Shown here piece by piece: positions 18,612 through 31,631 of a stretch of 64,000 nucleotides of DNA. Within the stretch, counting starts at the first letter, position 1, and each line of letters opens with the position of its first letter. Under the pieces are notes generated by a model. That model saw only the letters and a program-made list of their open reading frames with translations, was not told where the DNA came from and made no database searches. This stretch comes from Amoebidium appalachense (Eukaryota; Protista; Ichthyosporea), in assembly GCA_963693365.1 (NCBI GenBank), contig CAVNZM010000001.1, positions 17,169,840-17,233,839 on the forward strand, read 5' to 3'. The position numbers and the translations under genes are program-made.

Positions 18612-20003
18612 CGAGCACACACAACCACAGTGGCAAACAGTGATATAAACTGGCAAACACACGCTCATATACGCACAAACACACACAGCTCATACACACT
18701 GTGACAGAGGCACACGCACAAACACACACACACACAAACGCAGGCACAGGAGTGTGTGCGTGCTCGCATGAGCATGCGTACACACATGCGCAAACCAAGC
18801 ACACCGGGTAGCATGGAACCACAACGGCACATAAACATACACACACGCATACAAAAACAAGCACAAAGACGTCACTCATGGCATGCATGTTTGCTGCAAG
18901 ACCCTAAGTTTGTGCGCGCGCGTGTGAAAAGAGCGTGTGAAGCACACACCAGATCAGTGACACATAACCACGAGCGCGTATGCACGCGCATAAAGACACA
19001 CACGCCTTTCAGAATGGCAAGGATTATGGCTTATGTCGTTGACTAACATAGCAGAGAGTGGGAAATATTGCTAAAACACCTTCTCTCCATTCTCTGTTAC
19101 TTCTGTTAGCTCTGGGCACCAGAGCTTTGCTCAGCCTAAGTAGCTAAGGTTCTTTTTGTGCACCCTCCCAGGCCTGGAGTGTTGTGTAGTGTGTCCCTGT
19201 CACAAATTGTCGCTTATATTCTTTTTTATTCTGCTCTTTCTTCTTCTGGGCTCCAATATCATATTAGCTCCGCTTAGAGCGAGCCCTTGAAGCTTCAACC
19301 ACTTTCAACAGGTAAGCATGGTGAAAAATCGCATTCAAGGTGATCATTGAATCGGCGCAGCGCTAACATTCGAAGTGTTAGTTCATTTTTTCTCCTCACG
19401 GCCCCTGGTTTGCGTAACTATGTCCTATTTACTGTCTCGAAAGTATAGGTTCGGACTTCTGTTAGACAAGTCACGTTCGACCAAGGAAGGCTTCAACAAA
19501 GTTCAGTTAAGGTAAGGGGGTTTCTTTCCCCATTCCCGCACATCCGGCCGGGTCAAGCCATTTATTCAGCATATAAATCATGATATGAACTGCAGTCTTA
19601 TTCCAAACGCTTTATTATTATTATTCCATTCTTCATTTCTTTTTTGTCTCTTTTTTTCTTCTTTTTTGTTGTATTATTGCCCATATGTACCTTGCTTCTT
19701 CCAAACGATGGTGCGCAATTGATGCGCAGCACACCAGTCATATAGCTAGAATCGCCTCTGACCCGACCCGGCCCGGAAAGCTAAAAGAAACCCCCTTAGT
19801 AAAGCCTGCTGGCCCAGCAGCACTCTGGGTCCGGGGGGTTTGGGGGTGTCTCCCTAGACTCACTTAAACCGCAGGACTATGTGGTGATTGGTTTAAGTAA
19901 CCAATCAGAACACGACATAACAGGAAACCAATCATTTACAGCTTTGGCACTTTCGTGGCTTTGCCGCACTCGCTGGCTCCAGCCTGTAAAATGCACTTTG
20001 CAT

Positions 20004-20239
20004 CAGGGCTTGAATTATGTTCTAGGAGTGGTGGCTTGTTTGAAAGATGGCGCATATGTATTTTGGCAACTTTGCCTGTATTCCACTTCCACTCAACTGG
20101 GTTATATTAATATTTTTTATAGTGTTTAGTTCCACTGGCCCTGAGTTCAGTGGACATGGCGCTCCATGTCAAGTGGCCTTTTTCGGGTTTCAGACTTTCA
20201 GGTTTTTAGGTCCAAGTGGCACTGTAATTTCTGGCCCTG
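20004..20239. mobile_element. Possible degenerate hAT-type MITE
   Basis: 5' end CAGGGCTTGAATT versus reverse complement of the 3' end CAGGGCCAGAAATT. Flanks CTTTGCAT and CTTTCAAA match 5/8. Internal AGTGG/CCACT repeats. Confidence 0.35.
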
Positions 20240-20482
20240 CTTTCAAAAGAGGTTACACACCCACCATCCGCTTGTTTCACGCACACTTACAACCACAGCC
20301 TAGCGCTGTGACCTTTGCCTTTTTCTTATGCAGTTTCCTGCTTTCCTGCATCCCGCACAGAAACACAGATCTGCCTCGGGTTTAGGGAGGTTTGGGGTAG
20401 CCGGAACGAACAACATAAGAGCAAAAGTTGTAGGCCTTCAAACAGATCTAAATTGTTACTCTATAACGGCGGGAGTTGCAAA

Positions 20483-21226
20483 ATGGGACACACAGACAAC
20501 AGTTACGCGTTTGCGCGCTTCGTTTGCAGTGTTGTGGCCATCATCCTCATTGGCTACTCGGCAGTTACAGCTCTATGCACCGTCTTCAGCCTGCGGTGGT
20601 TTGTTGGGGCGACTGAAAACAATGTCTCGCTCGGGATTATGAGTGAAAACTGTGTAACAAACACGACGGTAAACATGCGAGTGTTCATGCAGGAAAAGCT
20701 CCGCTTCTGCAGTTACGACACGTTCAGCTTTTCAGACATCACAACCCCAGATGAAAAGGCGGTGGTAGCCCTTTTGTTCCTGTCATTCATCCTCGGCAGT
20801 GTGTGCATTTTCTTCCTCCTTTTAAACGTTTTTACGTGCGTTAGTTGCGCTCACTTCTGGAATGCCGTCACGTCAGCTCTAGCTTTCCTCCAATTCATAT
20901 TCATTCTTGCCGTCTGCACTGACATGGCCGCCGTCAACGGGTGGGGCCAGCCCCAAGGAACCAAGCTTGGGCCAGCATACATAGCAAACATCGTTGGGAT
21001 ATTCACCTCGCTGTTTGGCTGTCTTTTGTGTGCGGCTATCTATCGTTACTTGAGGCTGCACGACGCTGAGAAGTGGAAGCGGTCCATGCCTCTCGCCACC
21101 ATGGCACCCATTGCCACGGATATATCCCCCGCAGTCTCCAGACCGAAAAAGTTTATGGACGACTTCCCTGCTACACCAGTTGCGGCTGCTATTCGGCCTG
21201 ATAAGAATGGGGCAAATGCAGTATGA
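20483..21226 (+). CDS. Intronless 4-TM claudin/PMP22-superfamily-like membrane protein (247 aa)
   Basis: ATG at 20483 within ORF 20315-21226. Four hydrophobic segments. First loop has W...SLGI...C...C, a variant of the claudin W-GLW-C-C motif. GTKLGPAY precedes TM4. Hydrophilic tail ends NAV. Probable 5'UTR intron(s): donors at 19311/19512, acceptor near 20385. Confidence 0.7.
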   Translation: MGHTDNSYAFARFVCSVVAIILIGYSAVTALCTVFSLRWFVGATENNVSLGIMSENCVTNTTVNMRVFMQEKLRFCSYDTFSFSDITTPDEKAVVALLFLSFILGSVCIFFLLLNVFTCVSCAHFWNAVTSALAFLQFIFILAVCTDMAAVNGWGQPQGTKLGPAYIANIVGIFTSLFGCLLCAAIYRYLRLHDAEKWKRSMPLATMAPIATDISPAVSRPKKFMDDFPATPVAAAIRPDKNGANAV

Positions 21227-22364
21227 TGGGTAGATTAGGTGGACAAGGACGGTTGGTTTGAGGGGCTGGGTGGGCTTACAATGTGAGAGATAATAGAAAA
21301 ATGACACACATAAATGTACAGTCGGGCTTTCCCTTTTTCCTTTTTTTCTCTTGGTCAGACGACTTATAAGAATTTTTTTTCCCCCCTCGTGGTTGGAGGA
21401 TTTGTCAGAATTTCAGAACTGTAAAGATTGCTGACTGCTGTCTGTTTGAAGTTGTTATTACATAGCATAGTAAAAATATATCGTAGTATGTCTTCAAAAA
21501 TGTAGTCAGTATGACAACCTTTAGCACCGGCACATTGTTATGAAACACGTGGCTCCTTATTCTGCTAAAAACCTAAAAAGAAAATCAACCGAGCACCCGG
21601 GGTGCCCTTCACGGTTCAAACATATGCGTAATTTGAACCCTAAATAGGGGAAGTGAGGAGGTTGTAGCTGATATCAGCATCATCACTTACAATGAAAATC
21701 TGTTCAAGTGACCATATGGGCATGTGTGTTCAAGTGACCATATGGGCATGTGTGTGCACGGGTATGTGTGTGTGTTGTTTGCAGACATGTTTGTGTGTGT
21801 GTGTGTGTCGTGTGTGTGTGTGTGTGTGTGTGTAACACTGTGTGTTTGTGTGTGGGTGCGCACGTGTGTTCTTGACTGAGTGAAAGGGAGTGTGTGTGTG
21901 TGTGTATGTGCACGTTCACTGAGTAGAATCTGAACCATACGTGTATGTGGACATCCCTACAAGCCTTTGCGACAGTTGTGCGCAAGGGCGTGTGTGTGTC
22001 TGCGTGTGTCTGAGTCTGTGTGTGCGGGCGCGAGTTTTTTGTGTGTGCGCGTGCACGAGTTTAGGTGTGCGCATGTTAACAGGGCGGATGTGCACACGCA
22101 TCCCTATCAGCGTTTATGAGAGTCATATGCAGTTCGTGGCGTGCATTTACTACGAGCAAGTTGAAGTACCTGTGTGTCACGCCATGTGTGGTTTATTTTG
22201 TGTCGCGGAATCATGTGAGTGTGCGCTCCGCGGAGTGAGGCGCAAGTTTCGACACACGTATTGGGCAGCTATAGTTATGTGAGGGGGGACCAGGTCTGTA
22301 CGAGCTGTGAAGCGCGCACGTGTGTGTGTGTGTGTGTGTGCGCGCACATGTGACGGTGTGTGTA

Positions 22365-22396
<32 letters not shown>

Positions 22397-23313
22397 TGCG
22401 TGTGCGTGTGCGTGGGGGCGGGCAGCTCAGCGTGCAGCGTGTTAACGTTTGTTGATAGATGCACCATTATTTCGCATGTGGACAGAAAACAGGGGGTTTG
22501 GGCACTTGCTCTCTCCCCGATCACTATTTATGCACAGGCACTGCTCATATTTCACTGCGTCACAACCTATCCTTCGATAAGGAATTACACTTGCAGCTTT
22601 CACATCTTATCCTACAGTTGTACCATGTACACTTTCACTCGTTACAGCACGGCCGTCGTGCAAAATTCCTCCACTCAAAAAGCGAAGGGGCACTTTTTCA
22701 TAGTTTCTTTAACTACCATACATGCATTCCAAGTGCGTACCATTACGTAACCATGATTGCAGTTGACCATGTCCGTAAATGCTGGTGTGCTCCAACGATT
22801 TTCCACTGCTGGGAAAGACTATGTACAAGCGGCAACACAGACATCCAAAAGTAGAACACAACTACATCAATTAATAAAAGAATCACTCCTGTTAGAACTA
22901 CAACATACACTACATGACGTGCAGGGTGATTACATATCTGTTAATTCAATTATATTCTTAATCATCATGATTTATAAAATGAAGCTTTATAGTAAAAATG
23001 CCAGTACAACTATTGGCCATCATCGACACCCACCTCTTGCATGGGTATTTGCGTGTAGTTGCGTCCCTTCGCTGTCTTCCCCCAACCACAGAACCTGCAC
23101 AAGAGAACATTTACCCAATTAGGTGGCTACAATGGAAAAAGTTGATACTGTGACAGATCAAATCAAGCGCGATTATGGAGATTCATATGGAAACTCGGGC
23201 AATTCCAAATCACCAAAGAAGAAAATAGGAGAGTGCGAGGGATTCGAGGGGGAATAAGACAGCAGAGAAAGAGGGTGTCGAGGGGCTTGAGCAGTGTAAC
23301 AACCCGTGTTAGG

Positions 23314-23693
23314 TTAGCCCGAGATTTCGGCGATCATGGTGGTTGTGGGGTGGGGTGGAGGATGGTTGCCGTAAATAGAGGGATGATTGTATCTGTGCGC
23401 TTGTACAAGGGGGGAAACGACCGAGGGGAGGGGGGGGGGGGGGGGGGGGGGGGGGCACCCACCCAAAGCTTGGAGGGTCTTTGAATGTGGAAGAAATCTC
23501 CTCCAAAGATCTGCCCCTGGTCTCCACCACACAGTAGCGGATAAACACCAACGACATTGCGTTTGTGGAGCCAAAGAACAGAAAGAGGGGGCCAAGGCCA
23601 AACACATCTGCAACCAAAGAGAGTCAGCCCTCGGCCCACTAAACACCAAGCAGAGCTGCAACTATCTGCCTAGTCGGGCCGGGGAGGAGGGGG

Positions 23694-23729
<36 letters not shown>

Positions 23730-23993
23730 ATGCAACAGGAGGTGGCAAGAATATAAGCAAGGACCTTGAAAAACGCAAGAAAAAGGACTTAACCGAATTT
23801 TAAAACATTATCATACGGGCAAGGGGGGGAAATCAACAACACGTGTTACATTTTGCACTGATAAGGTAGGCTGGATGGATAGATTTGTATTAACTTCATC
23901 AAATCTCCAGCAGTCTTTTGCTCTTCTGTTATGTTGACATGTGCACGCCTCCGTATTCTTTTGTGTCTGTGTGTGTGTGTGTGTGTGTTTGTG

Positions 23994-24035
<42 letters not shown>

Positions 24036-24286
24036 CGCACCCACGTTTGTATGTGTATGTGTGTATGCACATGTGTGTGTGTATGTGTATGCGTATGTGT
24101 GTGTGTGCGTGTACATTTACACGTGTGTGCATGATGGGTGGGCGCACACCGAGCATTGGTAGGAATGCCGCCGTGACGAGGGAGCTAAAGCCCCAGCTAG
24201 CTGCTGACGTTACAGCCATGGCCCTGCCTCGTATCCCTGCCGGCCAGATCTCTGCACCCACACACGTTTATGTCCCACACTACCAG

Positions 24287-24331
<45 letters not shown>

Positions 24332-24475
24332 ACCTCCAAATCCTGCCCCCCCAGAAACACCCACATCAAATTTTTTATGGGGGGGGGGGAGGGGGAGGGG
24401 GGGGGGTCCCTCCCTTCCCCCCACCCTCTTCCTTCCCCCTCCTCCCCTCCCCTCCCCCTCCCTCCCTCCCCCACA

Positions 24476-24553
<78 letters not shown>

Positions 24554-24804
24554 CACACGCACACACACACACACACACAGGCACACTATATACGTCAGAC
24601 GCAAGCTAACTTCCTAGATAACCGTGAGGCACGCTAAGGGCTCCCTGAACATCTTGAATTTGCTCAGGTCCCGCACCGTGCTACTGTTGCAAAAAAGATG
24701 TCCCCCCAGAGACGAATGGCAATCAAAAAAAGCCAATGACGTACAGACACCATCCAGGTGTTAACGAGAATGCAAATGTACGTAACGCTGTGTCACTGTG
24801 TCGC

Positions 24805-24898
<94 letters not shown>

Positions 24899-25444
24899 GG
24901 TGTGTGTGTGTGGTGTGTCTGTGTGGTGGTGGTTGGGGGGAGGGGGGGGGGAGGGGGGTGCACACCAGCCAGATAGACCCATGCCACAGGCCCATAGCCA
25001 AGAGCAAACCCCACCGTGAATACCAGTGCACTGGGGACGAACCGATTAGCCATATTTGGTTATTTCGTCACGATCACATACTTCACCTGCTATCCCATCG
25101 ATCCTTTTTAACTAGAACTACACAGTGCCAAACATGCCTAATATTATTGAATCCTACTTCACCACACCTACATTCAACATACTGGTGTGCCTCGCATTGG
25201 CCTCTTACCAGGATTATTTGTTTCTGGTTCAAAAACATCAAGAGCAAAAAAATGTAAGTGCTTGCTGGAGGCAAAACACACACGGGTGCAACCACGCAGG
25301 CTCAGCCATGCCCACCTCACCCAGTGTGCGCACACGGATATACAGTACAAGCAACCACACACACTGGCTACATCATTATGCACACCCCACCCACTCTCAA
25401 CCGCAGCACCACCTTGGGCAGAGGAAAGGAAAACAAAAAAAAAA

Positions 25445-25476
<32 letters not shown>

Positions 25477-26409
25477 AAAAAACCCGCAATTTCACGGTTT
25501 TACCCCACCTTGCCAGCACACCCCATCGTCTCATGTGCTCGGGGACTGCAGGCAGAAGAGACAGGCCCAGGGTGGTGGCACTGACCCCCATGGTGGCTCC
25601 ACCAATCAGGAGCATCCGTTGCCGTCCATGTCTGCCAATCACATGTGAGCATTAATGACGCCACATTTAGAGGTACAAGAACACATGGCTACAAAAATAC
25701 ATATCCCCGTGTCCCCCCGTATAGCTGGTTCGCATGATACACGGTACACAGAGAGAAAAGCACACAGCGCAGCATAAATACACACATCTACACAAACACA
25801 AGCGACCCCCCTCCCCCTCCCAACCCCCCACCCCTCTCTTCCCCCCCTCCCCTTCGCCCCTTTTCACCCACTCTCTCCCTCCTCCGTCAGCCCCACTCCT
25901 GCCCATTTCCCTACCACTCCACAGTCCTTCCACACATCCAGCCGTCACAAACCATTCATCACACAATGCCCTTACCTGCCTCACGACACAGTCCCGCCCC
26001 CCCCCCCCTCCCCCCCTCCCCCCCCCCCCCCCCTCCCCCCCGGCCACCGCCGCCGCCGCCACGACCACCACCCGTGCCCTCACCTATCCATAGACACTAT
26101 GGAGTATGCGGTGCACACAAACTTGACGGCACCCAGAATGACGGATGCCAGCACGGCCGACCCACCCTGCTCAAACCCCGCTGCAGCCATCAGCCTTGGG
26201 GTAAACAACAGCACACAGGGCTGGCCTGCAGTGACACACAGCAATAGTGGTCAGTGTGTTCTGCTACTAGTGGGGGTTGGCACCATTCCCCTTTCTTCCC
26301 CTCTAGCACAGACAACAGGCATGTTCTTTCAAGAGGATCTGCCTGCTGTGATGAGCCTAGTTATACTATAGCAACACCTCCTAACCCCCCCCCCCCCCTC
26401 CTTTTCCTT

Positions 26410-26445
<36 letters not shown>

Positions 26446-27501
26446 ACCACCACCACCACCACCCACCTCTTCTTCCCCCAGAAGCACACCCGGTAACTTC
26501 GACCCCCTCCCCCAGTTTTCCGTAACCAAGAGCCAGCCTCTAGCACAGACAACAGGCATGTTCTTTCAAGAGGATCTGCCTGCTGTGATGAGCTCTAGTT
26601 ATACTATAGCAACACCTCCTAACCCTGCCCCCCCTCCTTTTCCTTACCCCCCCCCCCCCCCCCCCCCCCCCCACCACCACCACCACCCACCTCTTCTTCC
26701 CCCAGAAGCACACCCTGTAACGTCGACCCCTCCCCCAGTTTTCCGTAACCAACAGCCAGCCCCCCCCCCCCCCCCCCCCCCTTTCCCTCCCCCTCCCACT
26801 TCCACGTTCGGCCCTCTCAAGGGTTCCCTCTGTTTTTCGTACCCAACAGCCCCCCCCCCCCCCCCTCCCCCCCTCCCCCCGCCAAAAAAAAAAAAAAAAA
26901 AAAAAAGAAAGAAAGAAAAGAAAAGAAAGAAAAGGAAGAAAGAAAAACAGATACAGACACACACATCCGTGCCTCCCACCCACCTGTTATGCTCTGGAAG
27001 AAGACCAGAGTCAGACCAACAACCAACCTCCACCACAGACCCTTTCCCCTCTGGCACAGATGCCACAGAGACATTTCTCTTTCTTCGTGGACGCCCTCCT
27101 GAGATAGAGCGCACACACCGGCAGATGCTGTTAGTTACACAGGTAGGAATACTTGGGCATACAAATAAATGTGTGTACATGAGGGTAGCGCAAAGCGAAA
27201 TCAAATTTGAAGTGTAAAATTTATATTACACCACACATAGACACAGAATGTGCAGACAAACACACCATCAAAAAGAGAACATATTGGCCAATGCCACACA
27301 CTACTTTGTTGGACTGACTTCTAGCCCAACCACCACCAACACTAGAAAAGAACCCGAAAACAAAGAACATACACACACACACACACACCCACACCCACAC
27401 CCACACCCACACCCACACCCACACCCACCTGCACACACACACCCACCCACCCACCCACCCACTCACCCACCCACCCACCCACCCACCCACCCACCCACAC
27501 A

Positions 27502-27540
<39 letters not shown>

Positions 27541-28578
27541 TCGTAACCTCCCCTTCCCCCCTCCCCCCCCAAAGATACAAACACACACACACACACACAC
27601 ACACGCATGTACATGCACTCTGTCTATTGTATTGTAAGTCGGCTGTTTGAAGGGAGAGTTCTGGTAAAACAAAATCAAGGGTGCACGAAGATAGAAATGG
27701 CGAGGAATGAAAAGAGACAGAAAGGCACGAAAGTGACAGCGACATAATTAACACAACGAAGGTAGAACAGAGGGGCCAGTTGTGTGTGTGTGTGTTGCGC
27801 GCGCGCACGCGTGCGCACGTGTGCCGGCGCGTGTGTCTATGTTTGTGTGCAAGGGCGTATGCGCAGCAATGGTGACGGTGGTGGTGGTGGAGGTATTTGG
27901 GGAGAGAGGAGGGGAGGGAATCGGCATGGAAAGCTGACAACGGGAGAGGAGAGAAAGGGGGAATGGGGGAGGAGAAAGCAAAGGGGCGAGGGGAGGAGGG
28001 GAGGGGGGGGGGGGGGAGAGAGACATACCAACATGTCTGCCAGTTCCTTTCTGACGTCAGTCTCCTGGGCATTCTCCCTCAGCCTCCTCAGCACCCTCAG
28101 AGCATCCTCGTGTCTGCCCTGTGAACACAGCCACCTTGGTGACTGCACATGGGTCAGTCGTAAATAGTCTACATCAAGCTAACAGACGTTTGTCCTAGTA
28201 GCCAGGGAAGAGGTAAGCATGTATTGCATGGGCAAGAAATGCGAACTAATACTTCTGAGGGCTCTGATACTGAAATGCTACGCTTTCAGGGATATAAGCA
28301 AATGCAACCTCCATTCAAACATGACGCCATTGCTACATTCATTCTCAAAAGCTACAGCAACCCCCCCCCCCTCCCCCCCTCCCCCCCCCTCTCAATATTC
28401 CCTCCCCTCCTGCATGCACTCACCTACTTCCCAACACAGTTTATTCCATTCGCGAATAAATGTTATCACCACTTCACGCCAGAAAAGCACACACACAAAA
28501 AAAAAATACGAGCAACCAGGGAGTGTCCACGGGGAAGGGAGAGGGAGGGGGGAGGGTGGGTGGTGGTGGTGGTGGTGG

Positions 28579-28611
<33 letters not shown>

Positions 28612-29626
28612 GCACACTTTTGGCATGAAATACACAGCCACACCCTGAAGTAGTGCTGGGACAACGGGCAGAACAAACATGAGCCTCCTGCGGTGGTTGA
28701 ATGCATATTAGCTTGGATACTGGTGAAATAGTGATGCAGGAGATATGTGGCAGAAACGAGGCAAGGAAGCCTTGAATGTGTAAAGTCGTAACAGGTGTAT
28801 GCAGGTGATTGATGCTATCATGGTAAAGGCGTCCATCAGATATATGCCACGGGTAGTACATGGACAAACTGGGTGTGTGTTTCTGTCTGCAAGTGCGTGT
28901 GTGCGTGCATGCTTGTGTGCGCGTGTGTCCAGGGGAAGGTTGGGAGGAGACAATGGGGTTCTTGCGTGCGTGTGTACATGTGTATGTGTGTTTGTGTAGG
29001 TTGTGAGTCAGTGGACTGGTAGTGGTGGTGGTGGTGAAGGGGGGGGGGGGGGGGGGGGGGTCATAACCATCCACTTTCAGCACTTTGCAGCAAATAGTTA
29101 GCCAGATAGGCAAACAAGATGCCAGCCGTGATGGCCACCTCATTGAGAGACACCAGTGACCCCCGTACTGATGCTGGGCTGATCTCGGAGATATAAACAC
29201 AGTCGGCTATGGCAGACACAGACACCGCAACACCCATAAGAATCCGTCCGGCCACCTATGTTCCAATGAAAATGGTGGGTTAAAACGGATTTTCAACTCG
29301 TGTTTATGGCATTGTGCGAAGGCTTCAAACCCGCTAGCAAAAATCAGCTTTCAGAGTTACATGAAGTATATGGTTCAGGGGAGGGGGGGAGGAGGAGGTG
29401 TGTGTGTGTTGGGGGGGGAGGGAGGGGGGGGGGGGGGGGGAAGATTTATTGCTGGGGTGTTGCAAGAAACCAAGGAATAAGTGCACTAACACGTGACGGC
29501 AAAGGGCAGCTATTGGATGGTACCGATGGTGTATGGTCCGACTTGTGTCAACCCTACATGTGGAGGCTGGGAAATGCTGGGCTAGATGCAGCGCGGTGGG
29601 CCCGAATTCGAGGCAAGGGGAAGGAG

Positions 29627-29664
<38 letters not shown>

Positions 29665-30438
29665 AGGGGAGGGGGGGAGAGGTGGATACAAACCAAAGTT
29701 GGAAAGTCCGAGGCTAAGCCGAGCAGTAGGCCGCTGGCCACAAAGACAGCAGACACAGCCATGATGGATGATTTGCGGCCAATCACATCCACCATATGCC
29801 CTGCATGGTTAATCGAGTGAGACCAATGTGGTGTGCAAGGAGTCATTCCCATTGGCTGATCAAGAGCAAAGAAGGGTGATCTCTGTGCACAGCTTGATTG
29901 CTTGCACACAAGCTGGGGTGGAGGTTTGGTCGGGGCGGAGGGGGGGCCGGGGGGGGGGGGGGGGGGGAGAAGGCGGGGTGTTGAATGGGCCTGCTATAGG
30001 CGTCAAAAGCCACTCCAGGCCCTAGTTGTTTGTATGTGGGGACGTCTGTATGTGGTTGAATGGGGACCGGTGAAGGGGGGGGGGGGGGGGGGGAAGGGGA
30101 GGAAGGTGAGGGGGGGGGGGGGGGGGGGAGGGGGGGTAGCTGGGTACGGGGAGGGTTGAGTTATGTTGACATATTTATTCTGAGAAAAAGTTTGTGTATG
30201 TGTGTTTGTGCGTGACAGTGTGCGTGTGCGAGTGTGTGCGTGCGTGCACGTGTGTGTGTGTGAGTGTGAGGGAGGGAGGAAAGAGTGTGTGTGCGCGAGT
30301 GCTTGAGTGAGTGTGATGGCTTTTTTTTGTTTCTGCTTGTGTGTTTGTGTGCAGGCCCACACACGTGTCCTTGAATGCATTTGCGTCCTCGAATGCATTT
30401 GCCAGTGTATTATGTGTGCATTTGTTTTGAAAGCACCT

Positions 30439-30525
<87 letters not shown>

Positions 30526-31099
30526 GGTGGTGGGTCGGGGGGGGGGGGGGGGGGGTTCAACCTCCCAAGAGTGCCCCGAGCACTGCAGCAGCAAGCATCG
30601 AACTGACGACCACTGAAAGCTGCATGTCGCTGAGTGCAAACTCATGGGCCATCAGGTCCTGCGCACCAGATATCACCCCTGGGCAAGAGGGGAAAAAAAA
30701 GGGGGGGGGGGAGGGGGGGGAGGGGAGGGGGGGGGGAGAGAGATATTTCATTGTGCAGAAGGGGGAAGAATCGATGTGTGTTAAACATGACGATGGGTGA
30801 AAAGGTGGTTTGAAGTGGTAAGGTGTTTAGTGAGACAATGCAGGAAGGAAAAAGTGATAACAGGTGTTGGGGTACGGCGGTGTGTTTTAATCTTGGATTA
30901 TGGATACGAGGGTTGTGGGTGTTGTTCATTCAGAAATCGGCAGGCTGCCTGTGTACTTGCAAATTCTCACGACCTTCCCAGCCAAGAATTTGAATCCTGC
31001 TTCCACCAGCATCATACACTCAGGTAAGAGCATTTTTAGGTCCATCTCACACTTCACATTTCTTTCTTGTTTGGTTGCTTCTTCTTCTTCTTCTTCTTC

Positions 31100-31133
<34 letters not shown>

Positions 31134-31631
31134 GAGGGTGGTGGGTGGGTGGGTGGGTGGGTGGGGGGGGGGGGGGGGGGGGGGGGGGAGGGGGTGCACG
31201 GTGTGGGGGCAGGGGCCTTGCACACACATTATTAGCTGCACAGCTGAAAGGGTATACCTCCGGCATGGAACCCCCCCCTGCCCCCCCCCCCCCCCCCTCC
31301 TTCCCACAACACCCCCGAAAAGCTAAAAGGAACGGACGACCCTTACCTTTTCTCTTTTGTACACCCTCCAATCCCTCCCCTTTACCCCCTTCCTCCACCC
31401 ATCCACCCAACCCACACACAATCTCTCTAGTTGAACCCCGCTTCCCCCCTCCCCCCTCCTACATACACACATGCACACACATACTGCCAGCCCTCAAGAT
31501 GAAGAAGAGCATGATAAAAAAGCACACATACCCAAGTCATAGCCGAAAAGGAGGCCTCCCACAGCCGCCAGCAAGGAGGCCACCGTGACCACCCCATGTT
31601 GCCCAAACATGCTGCCCGATGAGGCTGCCAT
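23314..31631 (-). CDS. MFS sugar porter (SLC2A/GLUT10-12-like)
   Basis: Phase-consistent exons 31631-31532, 30678-30562, 29800-29694, 29255-29068, 28687-28618, 28142-28029, 27098-26984, 26225-26084, 25631-25509, 25030-24966, 24251-24150 and 23607-23463, plus a tentative 23392-23314. Motifs [63 protein letters not shown] and [10 protein letters not shown]. Confidence 0.93.
26301..26760. repeat. Intronic tandem duplication, 2 x ~230 bp
   Basis: CTCTAGCACAGACAACAGGCATGTTCTTTCAAGAGGATCTGCC... starts at 26301 and 26538; both copies end ...AGCCAGC. Confidence 0.9.

Noticed and set aside
21701-21756. 28-bp tandem duplicate; similar small duplicates at 2470-2640 and 11580-11740
   Set aside because: Ordinary slippage duplications beside microsatellites.
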